A stretch of DNA of 64,000 nucleotides from Lama glama (taxonomy: Eukaryota): assembly GCA_028534125.1 (NCBI GenBank), contig CM052817.1, positions 40,302,001 through 40,366,000 of the forward strand. The letters run 5' to 3'. Both the position numbers and the translations under genes were made by a program. Each line of letters starts with the position of its first letter. Within the stretch, counting starts at the first letter, position 1. Of the stretch, positions 12,857-26,045 are shown piece by piece. A model generated the notes under the pieces. It searched no databases and was not told where the DNA came from. It saw only the letters and a program-made list of their open reading frames with translations.

Positions 12857-13312
12857 GGCAGGCACATTTATCACAACTCTCCTCCCAGGAGCAATATCTG
12901 TGGGCTTCCACGGTGTGGTGTCATTGTCTGGGAGGTGATGGAGCCCTCCCTGCCTTGTGATGACGGTGAGGCAAGGACCAACTGCAGAGAGGAGGAACCA
13001 GGTTGTGGGGCTGTGGTCTCCAGAGAGTCATGGAGGAAGATAGGCTGAGGGGGTGGGGAATCCGTGTCCTCCCAGAATCTTGTGTGACCTCTGTTGTTGT
13101 TGTGTTGAACCTTCTGACAACAAATTGTGCCTCTCAGGTAGATCTTTTTTTGTGACATGAAATATTACTATGTATTTTTTACTTTTGAATCCATGAAAGG
13201 AGAACTTCAAAGAAATGGTGTTGTTTCTTCTGACATTGAGAGAAGAACAAATTGAAAATGCTGACCCTTCCCTCAGCCCACCAACTCTCCCCACCCACAA
13301 CAAGCTGCCTCT

Positions 13313-13328
13313 TGTTGCCATGGCAACA
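13313..13328. promoter_or_regulatory. RFX X-box, perfect palindrome TGTTGCCATGGCAACA
   Basis: Exact match to the RFX consensus GTTGCCATGGCAAC in non-repeat DNA. Confidence 0.65.
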
Positions 13329-13578
13329 CTCATTTTCAGCTAAGGTGGAGGGGCTGGTTCTGGCTTCGCTTTGTTAATGTTAGGAGACTGGAGCTAGTTC
13401 ATCAATGTAACCCCTCGGGTGCAAGATTTCTAGGTGAGGCTTGAAATTTGGAAGAGAGGAGAGAAGGAGGCTGCAGGAAGGTCCTGCAGGGACCCTGAGC
13501 TGCATGATCTGTGAAAGAAGTTAGAGCAAGTCTATAGACCAATTTAAAAACAGATGGATTTCCTGAAATCACCACTGT

Positions 13579-13592
13579 GTTTCCATGGCAAC
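13579..13592. promoter_or_regulatory. Second RFX X-box GTTTCCATGGCAAC
   Basis: One mismatch from the palindrome, 265 bp from the first site. Confidence 0.6.
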
Positions 13593-16119
13593 ATCTCAGC
13601 TGTCTCTGTCAGTTGCTATAAAGTGTTCTCCCCTCTATGTGGACAGAATCTAGGTGTCAGTTGGAGGAAGGGGACTCAGGACTGAATACATTGGGCTAAC
13701 CTTAGAAGGGAGAAGACAAACTTTGGGTTAGCTATTGGAGCCTTGGGGAATCCTCCTGAGAGTCATCTCCCCATCACCCAAAGAGATGACAGAAGTTGCC
13801 TGCTCTGATGACTTTTATGGGAATGGGGGCGGCAGGTTTTGCGTGGAATGGCTGTGGCACCTTCCCACCTGCCTCTACGCTTTGTTAACCAGAGGACACT
13901 TGCCAATCTGTAATTCATTCATTTGATAAAGTATTTATTGAGTGGCTCGTGTTGAATTCTGCCCAAAGCATCCATCACACTGGTGAAATGTACGCTCATC
14001 ACGATGGATAGGTTGCCTACAGCCCCTTATGATAGATCTGCAACAAATAAAGGCTAGTTTTCCAAATCCTCCAAGTGGCCAGTTGCTTCTTTTTACCCAT
14101 GCTCTTGTGTGTGTCTTGTGCTTAGGGCACTGTGTTAGCTGTTGAAGTTATAAGAAGGAATGAAACCAGATACAAGACCTGCCCATAGGAGGTCTGTGTG
14201 GGATGATGAACATTTGAATGGCAAGAAGAAGCAACAAGATAGGCTGGCCATAGTCTCCATGTTAATGGTCCATGTTAATGGTGCAAACAGTAAGTTCCTT
14301 AGGAATTCAGAAGAGCAGCCTTTCTTCCAGGGCTCAGGTGATCAGGGAAAAGTTCACGGAGTGGGTGGGATTTGAACTGGGTTTGAATAAGGGCAGTTCT
14401 GGGATAACAGGGAGGATCTTGAAAACAAATAAGTGAGAGGAATGGCAGGAAAAGAAATATCGGGACAGAAGTCAGTGTGGGTGTTGTTCCAGGGAAAGGA
14501 GCAGACTTACTTGAGAAGAAGGGTTCATGGCAGGGAGGTTGGAAAATAAAATCGGCAAGGGAAAATCGAGGGCTCAGGTTGTCAGAATTCTGAATTCTGG
14601 CAGAGAGTTTATACTTTCTCTTACAGGCAGCGAAGGGCTGTCAAAGGTTTTAGAGCAAGACAAACAAACAAAAAACCCAAAAAATAATGTAGTAGGATGC
14701 TGAATCTGGTAGCTGTGTATGGGCTGGATTGAAGGAGGGAAGAAAGAGCCAGAAAGATTGAATGGAAAACTGATAGAAGGGTTAGGATGGTGGTTGAGGA
14801 AATCAAAGAGAGGGATGCATGGATGCATAGAGTCGATGGACGGCAGGGACCCCAGAGATAGAGAAGGAATAGACTGTCACTAGCTTCAGCAGGAAGAGTG
14901 TAAGCTTTGAGCTTGGGTCAATAGGAAAGCAGTTTATACCTTTAAAAGAGATGATGCCTATAAAGCCCTGTGTTAATCAAAAACAGAAGAGGAAATTTCT
15001 TGCCCTTGAGTAGCTCTTAGCCAAGCAGGAGAAGACGAATGCGGTTAGAGACGCTGGGACAGAGCCTGTACAGAGTGCAGGGAGGGGCGCGTGGGAAGGG
15101 CTGGGCGTCCGTTCTGGGGTGGGGGTGGGGGTGGGGGTTGTCAGGAAAAGGTTAAGAAGAGGTGCTCTCGAGCTGAGTGTTGAGGGAGAGCTTGTTTGAG
15201 GAAGAAATCTGGGAAGTGTAAGGGTTATTTTCACTTGATTTCAGAGTTGATTTTGAGGTGAAGCGGCACTTCTAAGGGGGAAGCATTTATCCATTCTCTT
15301 CATTGTTGCAGAGGGACCTCTATATGAGGCTGCCCTTGGGCAGGAATAAAAGGATGCTTAAGGCTTGCTCCCCACCCTCGAGGAACAGCCCAGCCAGTGG
15401 GGGAAAGAGCATTTACTCAGTCACTCAAAGGTGTGTGTGGAGACCCTGCAGCTCACTGGGTGCTACTGGGGGTGCCCGAACGCAGGGGTGAACAGATGGA
15501 CTAAACTCCTGTTCTCACAGAGACCACATTCTTGTTAAGAACTTCCTCACCTACGGGCAGAATTAGGCCAACTAGGAAAGGGCAGGTTGAAGGGAAGTGC
15601 CAGGGGTGTAGAGAAAAGGAATGAGTTCTGCCTGGACCATCGCCCGCCTGGAGGCAGGTGCGCCAGGGACACAAAGGGTGACTGATGGGCGATTCCCATT
15701 CGACAGAGGCTGTAGACGTCAGTCAGGAGCTTGTGTAGGCGTGGGAGTCGGGCCTCCCTGCGGGATGTGTGCGCCTCCTGATTGCCAGGTGATGGGCTTG
15801 TTGTTCCCCTGAGGAGGCACCTTGTAGCTGTGACAGCTGAGCCAGGCGTGCGCGACCCTAGGTGTTTTGTGCCCACCAGGCCTCGCTCTCCGGGAGCCAG
15901 GCTGCCCGCCTCTTCTTTCTGCGCTTTGCGTGTGCCAAGTTCTTCTCACCGTGTTGATTCCGATGCTGTGGAGCCCAGCCAAGACCACCCTCCCCCACCC
16001 AGTGAGCCCTGCATTCACCAACTCCAGGTCCACATCCGCGGAGCCCTGGCACCAACATCCACACCTGTCACAAGATCCAAGGCCTTTTTCTGGAATCTTG
16101 AAGTGATCTCTGGAGGGAG

Positions 16120-16555
16120 AGTGGGTGTCCCCTACCAAACTCATAAGTTGAAGCCTAACCCCCAGGACTTTACAGTATTTGAAATAGGTCTTTGCAAAGT
16201 AATCAAATTAAAATGAAGTCATTAGGGTGGACCCTATTCAAGCAGAGCCGGTGTCCTTATAAAAAGAGGAAATTTGGGCACAGACACGCGCACAGGGAGA
16301 CACCATGTGAAGATGGTGGCAGAGATGGGGAGTGACGTGGCTGTGAACTGGAGAGCACCAGAGGTGGCCCGCAAACCAGATGCGCAAGGAGAGGCCTGGA
16401 ACAGATTCTCAGCAGGAACCAGCTCTGCCCACACCTTGTTTTTGGGCTTTAACCTCCAGAACTGTGAGAATAAATGCCCCTTGTTTAAGCCACCTGGGCT
16501 GTGGGACTTGCCGTGGCCGCGGGACTTGCCGTGGCCGCCCCAGGAGACTAATACA
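16120..16555 (+). mobile_element. MaLR solo LTR, MLT1C-like
   Basis: Motifs include 'gtgtccttataaaaagaggaaatttgg', 'ccatgtgaagatgg', 'cctccagaactgtgagaataaat' and the end 'actaataca'. It contains a perfect 18-bp tandem duplication at 16503-16538. Confidence 0.85.
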
Positions 16556-18429
16556 GCTGGTCGGTAACTCTGAGCTCTTGCAAGTCAGCAACCCGGGGGA
16601 CCCGTTCTGCTGGTGACCGAGACCACGCTGTCACAGTCCGTGAGCCCCTTTCACCAATGCTGTTGAAATCCGTGCTTTCTTTCCGTGCTCTGAGAGTCCC
16701 CGTCAGAAGCTTCCTTGTGACTGACTAGCCCTCAGCGCCTTCAGAGAAGCAGTCAACATATGTGTGCACCCATCTTTCCTGGCTCGTTTATTTTTCAGAG
16801 AATTCCCTTTACCAAAAGTGAAGGAGCCTCTGGATCCGCTCTGCTGGACAAGTGTCAGATTTTTGAGGAGGTCAGTTAAAAAAGAAAAAAATTCGAGATG
16901 TGTTTGTGGTGGTGTTTGGCAGGATTTACGAGGCTGGATAGCCTTTTAGTGAGCTGAGAAGGTTTTCACGCAAATTCCTGGCAGCAGGGCAGGAATCATC
17001 TCTGATGACCTTCGCCAGTCACTGAGTCTCCAGGGGCTGAGGTGCAAGGAAGTCAGGAAGCAGAGATTAGTTAAGAAGTTCCTCTGGGCAAAGTGTAGAT
17101 CAATAACCTGTTGTGAGAAAGAGTTTTGGCAAAGCTTAGCCCTGTAGAGGCTGGCAGGGGGCTCCAGGGTTCTGGTGGCTCCCACCCCTGCACCCACTGG
17201 CTTCTCCCACGCTGAGCGAGCAGCTTGCTCTGGATTTCTGGTCATCCTCCGGAATCCTCCAGAATGTCTCCGCTGGCTCCTCACAGGGCTCCTCTCGCTC
17301 ACGCAGTCTCCCAGGAATGGGGTATAATCTCTCCACCTGCAGATTCAGCCACTTTCTCTTGTATACTTTTTTTAAGTCTCAGAAGCAGCCAAATGAACAC
17401 GATATCCAAGATTATCTTGGCTTAGCCATTAGTGAGTTCTGCCTGTAAAAGCATTTGAAGCTAGTGGCCATACTTTTTTTTTTTTGAAGTTTACATACTA
17501 TTGCTATTTTTCATGTGTCAGAACTTTCCTCTCCTGCAGTTTAAGTATGTGCCAGGCACCAGGCTTAAAGACTGTACATTAGTTTTGTCCGTTCTTCACA
17601 GTATCTCTGCGATGGAGGTACTGCAGTCATCCCCACTTTACGGATGAGGCTTTACAAGCTAAGTGACATGATCAAGGTCGTATAGCCAGTAAGTGCTGGA
17701 GCCAGGATACATGCCCAGCGCTCTGATTCCAGGGTCCATGCCCTTAACCTCTGCGTCGCACAGTAATCTGTCTCGGCTTGGATACCGTGCTGGAGCTGTA
17801 AAAGTGCTTGCAATGAGTCCCACTCTCAAGCTCTGCCGAGGCAGTATGACTTGGTGGGTGTGGAACAGAAGTGCGCACAGAGCTTTGGGAACCCAGGAGG
17901 AGGAGCTTGCCCAGGGTTGGGGTTCTGAAAGGCTGTCTGAAGGAAATGATGACTGAATCGGGACCTCAGGCACTTTTCCACAGAGGAATCACACAAAGGT
18001 GTGGAAGGTTGAGTCAGCAAGATGAGCAATGAACAGCCGCCCAGTGTAATGGGGGTGAGAGGAAAGGAGGTGGGAGAGGGGTGGCTGGGGCAGGCTGGAG
18101 AAAGCGCCTTCTGTGACACACTGAGAAGTTTGGTTGCTCCCCCTGTGGAGGGCCAGGTGCCACTGAAGGGTTTTGAGAATGAATGAAATGTTTGGTTTTG
18201 TCTTTTAGGTGGATCAGTGCAGTGGTTCTGTGGAGGATGGATTCAAGGCAGCAAGAGTACATTCAAGGAGAGCAAGGAGGACGATTTGTTGGTCAGTGGG
18301 AGGTGGCGAGGTCTACAAGTAGGAAAGAGTATGGGGTTGGAGAGGATTTTTTTGTTTTGTTTTGAAATTGACAGGTCCTGATGACTGAGTGGGCGTGGGA
18401 TTGAGGACCAGGAATTCCTGGGCAACACC

Positions 18430-18650
18430 GAGCACTTAATATGCTCAGCCAGAGCTGATTCTAAGTGTATGACACATTTTTAACTCATTTACTCCCACAG
18501 CAACCTTATGAGGTTTTACAGATGAGGAAGCTGAGGCACGGAGAGGGGCTCAGTGACTTGGCCCAAGGGCACACTCATGGCCAGCAAATGATAAAGTGGG
18601 ACTCATTCAGGTAGTCTAGCTCTGTCACCTCCTCTCTTTGTGACCATACT
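18430..18650 (-). mobile_element. MIR SINE
   Basis: 'taactcattt...caaccttatgagg ttttacagatgaggaagctgaggcac'. Confidence 0.7.
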
Positions 18651-20954
18651 GCAGCTCTCCTGAGTGAGCTCAGGGTTGGGGGAGGGAGGGGAAGACACCT
18701 AGATGACCCCCCTCCCCTCACCATTGCTTCCACTGCCAATGACCAAGCGCACGGCGGTACAATTGACCAAGGATTCAGGAAGGGAGCAGAGAAAGATAGT
18801 GGGCTCCATATTAGCCTTGTTTAGTGAGAGGTGCTTGGGGAACCCAGTGGAGGCACCCAGCTCAGGCTCTTCCTCCTTTAGCCTCTTGTCACTGAGCCCA
18901 GAGCTTCTACACTTACACAAAATCATCACACTGCTTTACATTTAGATGACAGATAGATAAGGAAAAAACTTGGTGGTGCAGGATCTAAAATTTCTCATAA
19001 TCTGAAGTGATTCCTCTCTGTTTCCAGTTCACTGACTGGATGGCAGATTAAAATGTGAAAGCTTGACAGAAAAATAATGTAGCTGTGCCAACCTTCAGCG
19101 TCTGAGGCATAAAATTAAATTTAACATTGTATTACACGTTTGAAGGCTTGTCATCATAAGGCTGGCCAGACAAATAGGATTTAGAGGGTTGGGTTTTGAG
19201 AAATGGGTAGGAGAAATAAAATACAAAGTAAGAGAATAGTGGAGATGACACATTTATTTTTTTAAAAAACAACATCTGATGGTGTTAAGCAGTTCTGTTT
19301 TATCGCGCTGTTTAATATTGCCTCCTCTTTTGCCTGTTTGACCAAGGGATTCTGCTGTGTTGGACAGGTTCTCCTATTGAAGTCTGGAAATTCTGCCACC
19401 CCTTTACCTCCTCCTGACCACCCTTTTCATCTCTTTCACCTCTCCTAATTCTCTGTACACCTCCTGCTAATTTTCTCCTTTTCTGAGTTTTTAATCTCTG
19501 CCCCCATATTTTTCTTGTCAGCTGAATGGTTCAGGCTGGCTGTGGACTAACTTCCAAGCTCTGAAGGTGAAGCTAAGATCCGGCTCTGCCTGCAGTCTAC
19601 CCGAGGGCACCCCTTACCTAGCCCTCCAGTCTCTTCTGTTTTAGTCCGGGTCTCTGCCCATGGTGGGCTCTGGTGCCTTACTGCTGCCACTCTGCTGTGC
19701 CAAGTCTTCAAAGGGCATCTGCTGGGTTCTGTGTACTGGCCTTCAAGGTTTGTCATTTCTGTCAATATTAGAAGTGACATATAGGTCAGCCTCACGGCTC
19801 CCAGTGTTAAAAATAAAAGCTTCCCGTTCTCCCAGGCTCTGTGGGTTTGTAGCTTATCGTGGGCACCCCCCTTCCCGTCAGCCCCACTTCTCAGTTGCTT
19901 CTTGGGGCTTGGTTGATGCCACTTGCCGTATAAGAGGGAACCTGAAAATAGAAGAGCTGAAATGCTCTCCCTTGCAGATTCCATTCCAAAACTCTTGAAG
20001 ACTGGCTGGAAGTTGTGAACAGAAGCCCCGAGGAGGTTTCCTCCCAGTGTGTGGGGTGAGGCTTACTGGGTGCTGGTCAGCAGGGAGGGGAGCTTCGGTC
20101 CCATTCTCTGTAAAAGGGGGTCCTGGGGTGCAGCCTGGGGAGAGCCCCTCTCCCTCTGGGACCACCTAGCACACGTCTCCTGCCGCAGCCATGTGACCGG
20201 GCAGTGGGATGCCTCAAAATGTAGCTGCAACGCCCTGGCATCTCATCCTGCTCATTCCTGGCCCCTGCATTTGCGCTGTCTCAGGAGATTCGGCCCCATT
20301 TTTTGTGATATGAAAATTCAGGAGGTGATTCATCATTAATAACCACACATTTCTCTCCTCCTGTGCTCTTGCTCTTCTAGTCTGATTTGCCCCCTTATAT
20401 CCTTTTACCTCCACTGCCCTTCCAGTCCTGCGAAACTCAGAGATAAGTTTCCCTCCACATAAAAAGCCACTGTCCTCTGAGAACCCAAGTCTTTGAAGTG
20501 ATCCTCACCCCCGTTCCCGTTCTCAGCTCTGAATTTTCAGGCTCACCTGTGCTTGAGGAAGGGTTGCAGTGTCTGTGAGGGAACCCTAAGAAACACACGT
20601 TGACATTTGGGCTTTTCATAAACCATATCTGCAAATCTCGAAACCCACACTTGCCTTCCTTCTACAGCTGGTAGCAATGATGCTTTTTTTCGGGGTGGAA
20701 GCTGGCAGGCCCTGGTAAGCATTTTCCAGGGCTGTAAGGAAATGGCACATACCCTGACTTGTTTTTAACCCTTCTGAGTTGGATTTTCTCAGAGATTTCT
20801 GTCGGGGTGATGTGTGTTAGCTTCTTTTCCTAGAAACAGGAGTGGAAGAGAAAGAGGAAGACAGTTGGGAGGGGGAGAAGCAACTATGAATGCACTTAAC
20901 ACACATTTGGTGGGTCAAACAGAAGTGTTATGGTTAATTTTCTAAAACTATACT

Positions 20955-21187
20955 CCTGGGCAGAGGGTATGGAGAAAAGGGAACTCTTCTACACTGTTGG
21001 TGGAAATGTAGTTTGGTGCAGCCTGGACATTCTGGAAAACAGAATGGAAATTCCTTGAAAAACTAAAAGTAGAGTTACCATGTGATCCAGTAATCCCACT
21101 CCTGGACATATATCTGGAGAAGACTCTTTTGAAATTCTTTTTTGGTGGGGGAGGGAGGTAATTGAGTTTGTTTGTTTGTTTGTTTGT

Positions 21188-21224
<37 letters not shown>

Positions 21225-21937
21225 AAGGAAGTACTGGGGATTGAACCCAGGACCTTGTGCATGCTAAGCATGCACTCTATTACTTGAGCTATATCCTTCC
21301 CCACTTTTGTCTTTTTTTTTTTTTGAATTTTTTTTGGTGGGGATGGAGAAAACTCAATGTGAAAAAGATACATGCACCCCAGTATTCATAGCAGCACTAA
21401 TTATAATAGCCAAGATATGGAAGCAACCAAATGTTCATGGACAGATGATTGGATAAAGAAGATGTAGTATATTATATATATATAATGGAATGCTACTCAG
21501 CCATAAAAAAGGAATAAATAATGTCATTTGCATCAACATGGATGGACCTGGAGATTATCATATTAGGTGAAGTAAGTCATGCAGAGAAGGACAAATATCA
21601 TATAATATCATTTATATGTGGAATCTAAAAAAATGAAACAAATGAACTTATTTATAAAACAGAAGGAGACTCAGACACAAAAAACAAACTTACGGTTACC
21701 AAAGGGGAAGTGAGGGGAGAGATAAATTAGTAGGAGTTTGGGATTAGCAGATATAAACCACTATATATAAAATAGATAAACAGCAAAGTTCTACTGTATG
21801 GTACAGGGAACTATATTCAATATCTTATAATAACCTATAGTGAAAAAGAATATGAAAGGAAATATATGTATCTATAACTGAATTACACTGTACACCAGAA
21901 ACTAGCATTGAAATAAACTTCAGTGTAAAAAAAAAGG
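20955..21937 (+). mobile_element. L1 3' portion (ORF2 end + 3'UTR + A-tail) with a nested SINE
   Basis: Motifs include 'ggagaaaagggaactcttctacactgttggtgg', 'atggatggacctggagattatcata' and 'cactgtacaccagaaact', followed by poly(A) at ~21927-21936. Confidence 0.9.
21128..21342 (-). mobile_element. tRNA-Ala-derived SINE (long-tail form) inserted in an L1
   Basis: The head is the reverse complement of ggggattgaacccaggaccttgtgcatgctaagc. It has a (TTTA)n/(TTTG)n tract and the 'ggaggtaatt' tail motif. The TSD is tggagaa(g/a)actc. Confidence 0.85.
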
Positions 21938-22108
21938 TATACTGTTGGCCAAAGTAAATGATTTCTTAGGGGTAGAGGAAGGGTCCCAAAGGAGTGATTT
22001 CGAGGATTCTCTGTGAACATAGCCTTCTGCACATCACTCAGCCCAGAAGGAACCAGACTCCTGAGGGCACAGGGAACAGACACTCCCACTGTTGGACTCC
22101 ACCTTCTT

Positions 22109-22280
22109 TTTTTTTTTAATTGAAATATAGTCCATTTATAATGTTGTATTAATTTCTTCTGTATAGCATAGTGATTCAGTTTTACATATATATTCCTTTT
22201 CATATTCTTTTTCATTATAGGCTATTACTAGGTTTTGAATATAGTTCCCTGTGCTATGCAGTAGGACCTTGTTTATCTAT
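22109..22280 (-). mobile_element. L1 3' end, 5'-truncated
   Basis: Poly-T plus L1 3'UTR. The 17-bp TSD ttgga(c/g)tccacc(t/c)tctt is at 22092-22108 / 22281-22297. Confidence 0.85.
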
Positions 22281-22329
22281 TTGGAGTCCACCCTCTTGAA
22301 CCCTAGGGCACAGTCACTTTATGGGTTCA

Positions 22330-22745
22330 GCCTGACCACTGGTTTACTATGTGACCTTGGCAAGTCTCTTGGCCTTTCTGCAATTCCATTTCTTCATCTG
22401 TGAAACAGGAGGATTGGACAGGAGCAGTGCTACTCAACTCTGGCTGCAGAGCAGAATCACTGGGGAGCCTTTAGCCACCCCAGCATCCAGAGGTGCCTAA
22501 TTAATTTGTTCTCAAGTGAGGGAGGCCTGGCTTGGACAGCTTTTAAAGCTCTGCAGGTGATTCTCTGGGCAGCCAGGCTGAGAAGCGCTGCCTAGCCCAG
22601 TGTCTCAAGTTGGAGCATGTGCAGGATTGTTAAAATTTGGACTCTACTTCTGCAGGTTCTGGTGGGGCTGGAGGTTCTGCCTTTCCAGCAGGCTCCTGGC
22701 AAGGCTGGTGGTACCTGTCCTCAGGCCATGCTCTGAGCAGCAAAG
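22330..22745. mobile_element. Cluster of a MIR fragment and two MER5-type hAT relics
   Basis: The MIR core 'gtgaccttggcaagt...ttcttcatctgtgaaa' is followed by MER5 motifs ('cagaatcactgggg', 'caggtgattct', 'ctgagaagcgctg'). Confidence 0.55.
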
Positions 22746-25700
22746 GCGGGGATGGTCTTCAAGGTCTTTGCAGCTTTGATATTATTGGGTTCCTTAATTA
22801 TTTTTTTTGGCAGGGAGAGGGCAGTGAGAAGTGGAAGTGACATATTTTGATGGTATAGTAGGGGTGAGTTCCCTTTCATCAGTGGGGCAAAGTGGTGTCT
22901 TTGGGAAAATGCGATTCAGTATTTGGTGGGTAGAGATGAATTTGTATCTGTTTTCAACATTGAAGTACATTTAATTAGGGAGGAAAAGGAAAGCAAATGT
23001 AGCTGTGTGTGTGAGAGAGAGAGAGAGAGGGAGGGAGGGAGAGAATTAGGGAGAGTGTGTGAATGTATGGTGCTCATAGGGTGAATATTCTGTGTTAAAT
23101 GAATCTTAGGGAGGATCAAAGGGCAACAAAGGTATAGGCTTCTTTCTCCAGGTCCAGTTACGATGAGGAGACTAGACTAGAGGGCAGGGTGGGGGAAAGT
23201 GGTGCAGATTTTATTCAGCTGGGATTTAAGGTGACGCTTTTGCTCCCAGAGCAATTCAAAGGCTGGGGAGACTCCATCTCAGCGCCATCTTTTTCCTGTG
23301 CGAAGCAGCCCTTTGCGCCAATTAGTCTTGAATTATAGTGACAGCTTTGGGTTTCTGCAGAGCTTCAAATCAACTGAACATAGGAGCAGAAGTAAAATGA
23401 TGCCTTTCTTGATCAGAACATTTCAGCTGGCTGCTTTTAAAAGGCTCTCTCCTTACACCTCCCCACCTCTCCAACCTTGCTGTGAGCCCCAGACACCATC
23501 GTGAAGTGTCAAGAGTCAGCTGGATTTCTGCACGATTACATTTATATTTTAAAGTCAAGGTCAGCCGTAGAGATGTTACCTGCACTTTGCCTTCAGCTTT
23601 TCCTTATCTTTATAGAACTACAAATTCCAATACATGAACAAATTCTCCTGGTTTAAAATTATATTTAATTGAGATTAAACCTTTCAGGCTTTGCAGTGAT
23701 TATCCTGCCCACGTAATTATGGGGATTTGTTTTGCTTTAAAACAGGTCTCTAACAGAGCAATACTTCTTGCTAAAATTCACCATCTGGGATTTTGTCCCT
23801 GTCCTATTTTCAGATTCCTCCGACTTGTGGTTAAGGGGAAAAGAATGTTTTTGTGCTAAAGATACTTTCCAATCTAGAGGAAAGAGATTTCTCTCTCTCC
23901 ATGGTTTTATTTTAATCCCTCTCCTCCATAAAAAGGATTCCCCATAACCTCCATTTACACACCTGTATAATGGGATTGTTAACTCTGCCTCATCTGTTGT
24001 GAGGATCAAGTGAGGGGTGAGATCTGAAACCGATGCTAAGGCATCAAGTGTTATTCACATGTCTTCTTCTCTTTCTTCCCTTCCTCCAATTCTTATTTCT
24101 TTCTCTGACTCAAATACATTAGCTCCTGGCCTCATTGGCACTTGGGTCCATCATTACGTCATTCGAGAAACATTTTCCAAGCACTTCTGAGATGAGCCTT
24201 GTGCTAGGCACTGAGAGTGGAACTGAAAGGCCATCTTTGTCCTCTAGGAGGACCTATGGGCAGGCGGTCAAAATATTAAATGCAGGACAGCAGGTCTGAT
24301 TATAAAGGAGGGGCGCCTACCTCAGCCTGGCCGAGGGTGAAGGAGGTGGGCGTGGAGGGCCGGCCGTCAGGGAAGGCTTGCAGAGAAGAAGAACGGTAAG
24401 GCGGGAGTCAGCCAGACAGCAGGAACATGGGATGAGGGAACATGTGACTTCAGCAAGCTGAAATGGTTGGAATGGTGCTCGTGGGGACAGGCAGTCAACG
24501 ATGAGATCCCTTGCAGGTAATGCTGAGTCTGTCTTTCACGCGGTATGAGTGATTTTCTGACCCATTGTGGTAGGATGGATATTACTCTTTTTGCAAGAAT
24601 ATGGGATTTACTGCCTATTCCATTCTGCTCATGGTCAAGGATGTGCCTTGGTGAGAGGGCTGCCGGGAGTTAGCCATTCACTCACTGCTCAGAACATAAG
24701 AGCTCGTGGACCTCAGTGGGTGGGGAGCCCCTGACTGTGGTTCCATTAGTCCGGCGCTCTGTCCAACGGGGAGGGCTAACACAGGCTCCTTGTGGTGCTC
24801 ACTGTGACCTTAGAATGTGGAATTTACCAAGGTAGCCTTTTACAGCAAGATTTTTCAAATTGCAGGTCACAACCCATATTTTATATACTATATAGGATAG
24901 AAAATCAATAGGTTGCAAACAGCGTTTTAAACAATGGAATAGAAGGGAACGGAATATCAGAATACAGCGCACAAACAAGGGCCAGTGTTGTTTGGCGAAA
25001 CCTGGATGCGTATACTTGATGCAAAATGCTTTTTTCACTGTGGATCCTGGAAAAAAGAATTTGAAAGACTTCAGGGTGTATACTCCGAGGTCAAGGAGGC
25101 AAAGCTATTTCATTTATTGCACGAATATTTATGATGGGCCTACTGTATGCTTTGTGCTGTGCTTAGGTAGCTCTTTGTGAAGCCCTCGAGACTCAGTGGA
25201 CACCAAACAGACTGGCCCCAGTTCTCATGAAGTTTGTAGATGGTGAGGGAGACAAACAGAGACGGAGGTGAACACAGAAGTGCAGTGGGAGGAGGGGACA
25301 CAGATATGGGCGCTTAGAGTAGAGACGCGGACCTAGACTGTTCTTCCGTCAGGGGCCTCCGGGCTCTCCAGGCAAGACGCATTCTTTGGCATTTGCTGCA
25401 GAACTTGGGAGGAACTTCGTAGCACAGAGCCCTTGGCAAACAATTTTCACTTGTGCCTTAAACAGGAGGTTAACACTGCACGTCAAATGGGCTTCTGACC
25501 CCTCCCTACCTGCTCACCCCTCAGACCTTTTCATCAGACCTTCCCCCTCTTCCCCCTTCTCTTACAGTGACATAATTTACTGTCTTTTGATCCCACAGCT
25601 TTTTTTTTTGCTACCAGCAGCTCTCTGGTGGCAGGCAGAATTAAAGCTGCACTTTCCGAGACTCAAAAGGCTCTTCACAACTCCCCTGGATCTTTAAGAA

Positions 25701-26045
25701 GACTTTTCTGGAAGTAATTTTATTAGCCTCGAAGAACACTCTCACCCATTGTCCCCATCACGGTCTTGATCCTTTCGAAGTGTGCTTATTCACTTCTAAC
25801 TTCAAATTTCTTTTTACCGCCTGTTGTGTATGTGACCCAGTAGTTCTAAAGCAGACGTACTGCATGTGATATTTCCTCACGTGTTGCGCCCATGGACTGG
25901 TGGGCACCTCTTCCCTGTCTCTAGTCTATGTGCTCATCTGCTTTTAAATACTGAGAATGGGGAGGTGGGTCTCAGAGGTATCAGTGCAGGGGACCTGGCC
26001 CCTCCCAATGGTGGTCTCACACCAACTCTGACTCTCTGCCACCTT

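Noticed and set aside
23275..23295. gcgccatcttt as a CTCF or YY1 site
   Set aside because: It is only a partial CTCF match and an isolated short YY1-like core, with no supporting context.
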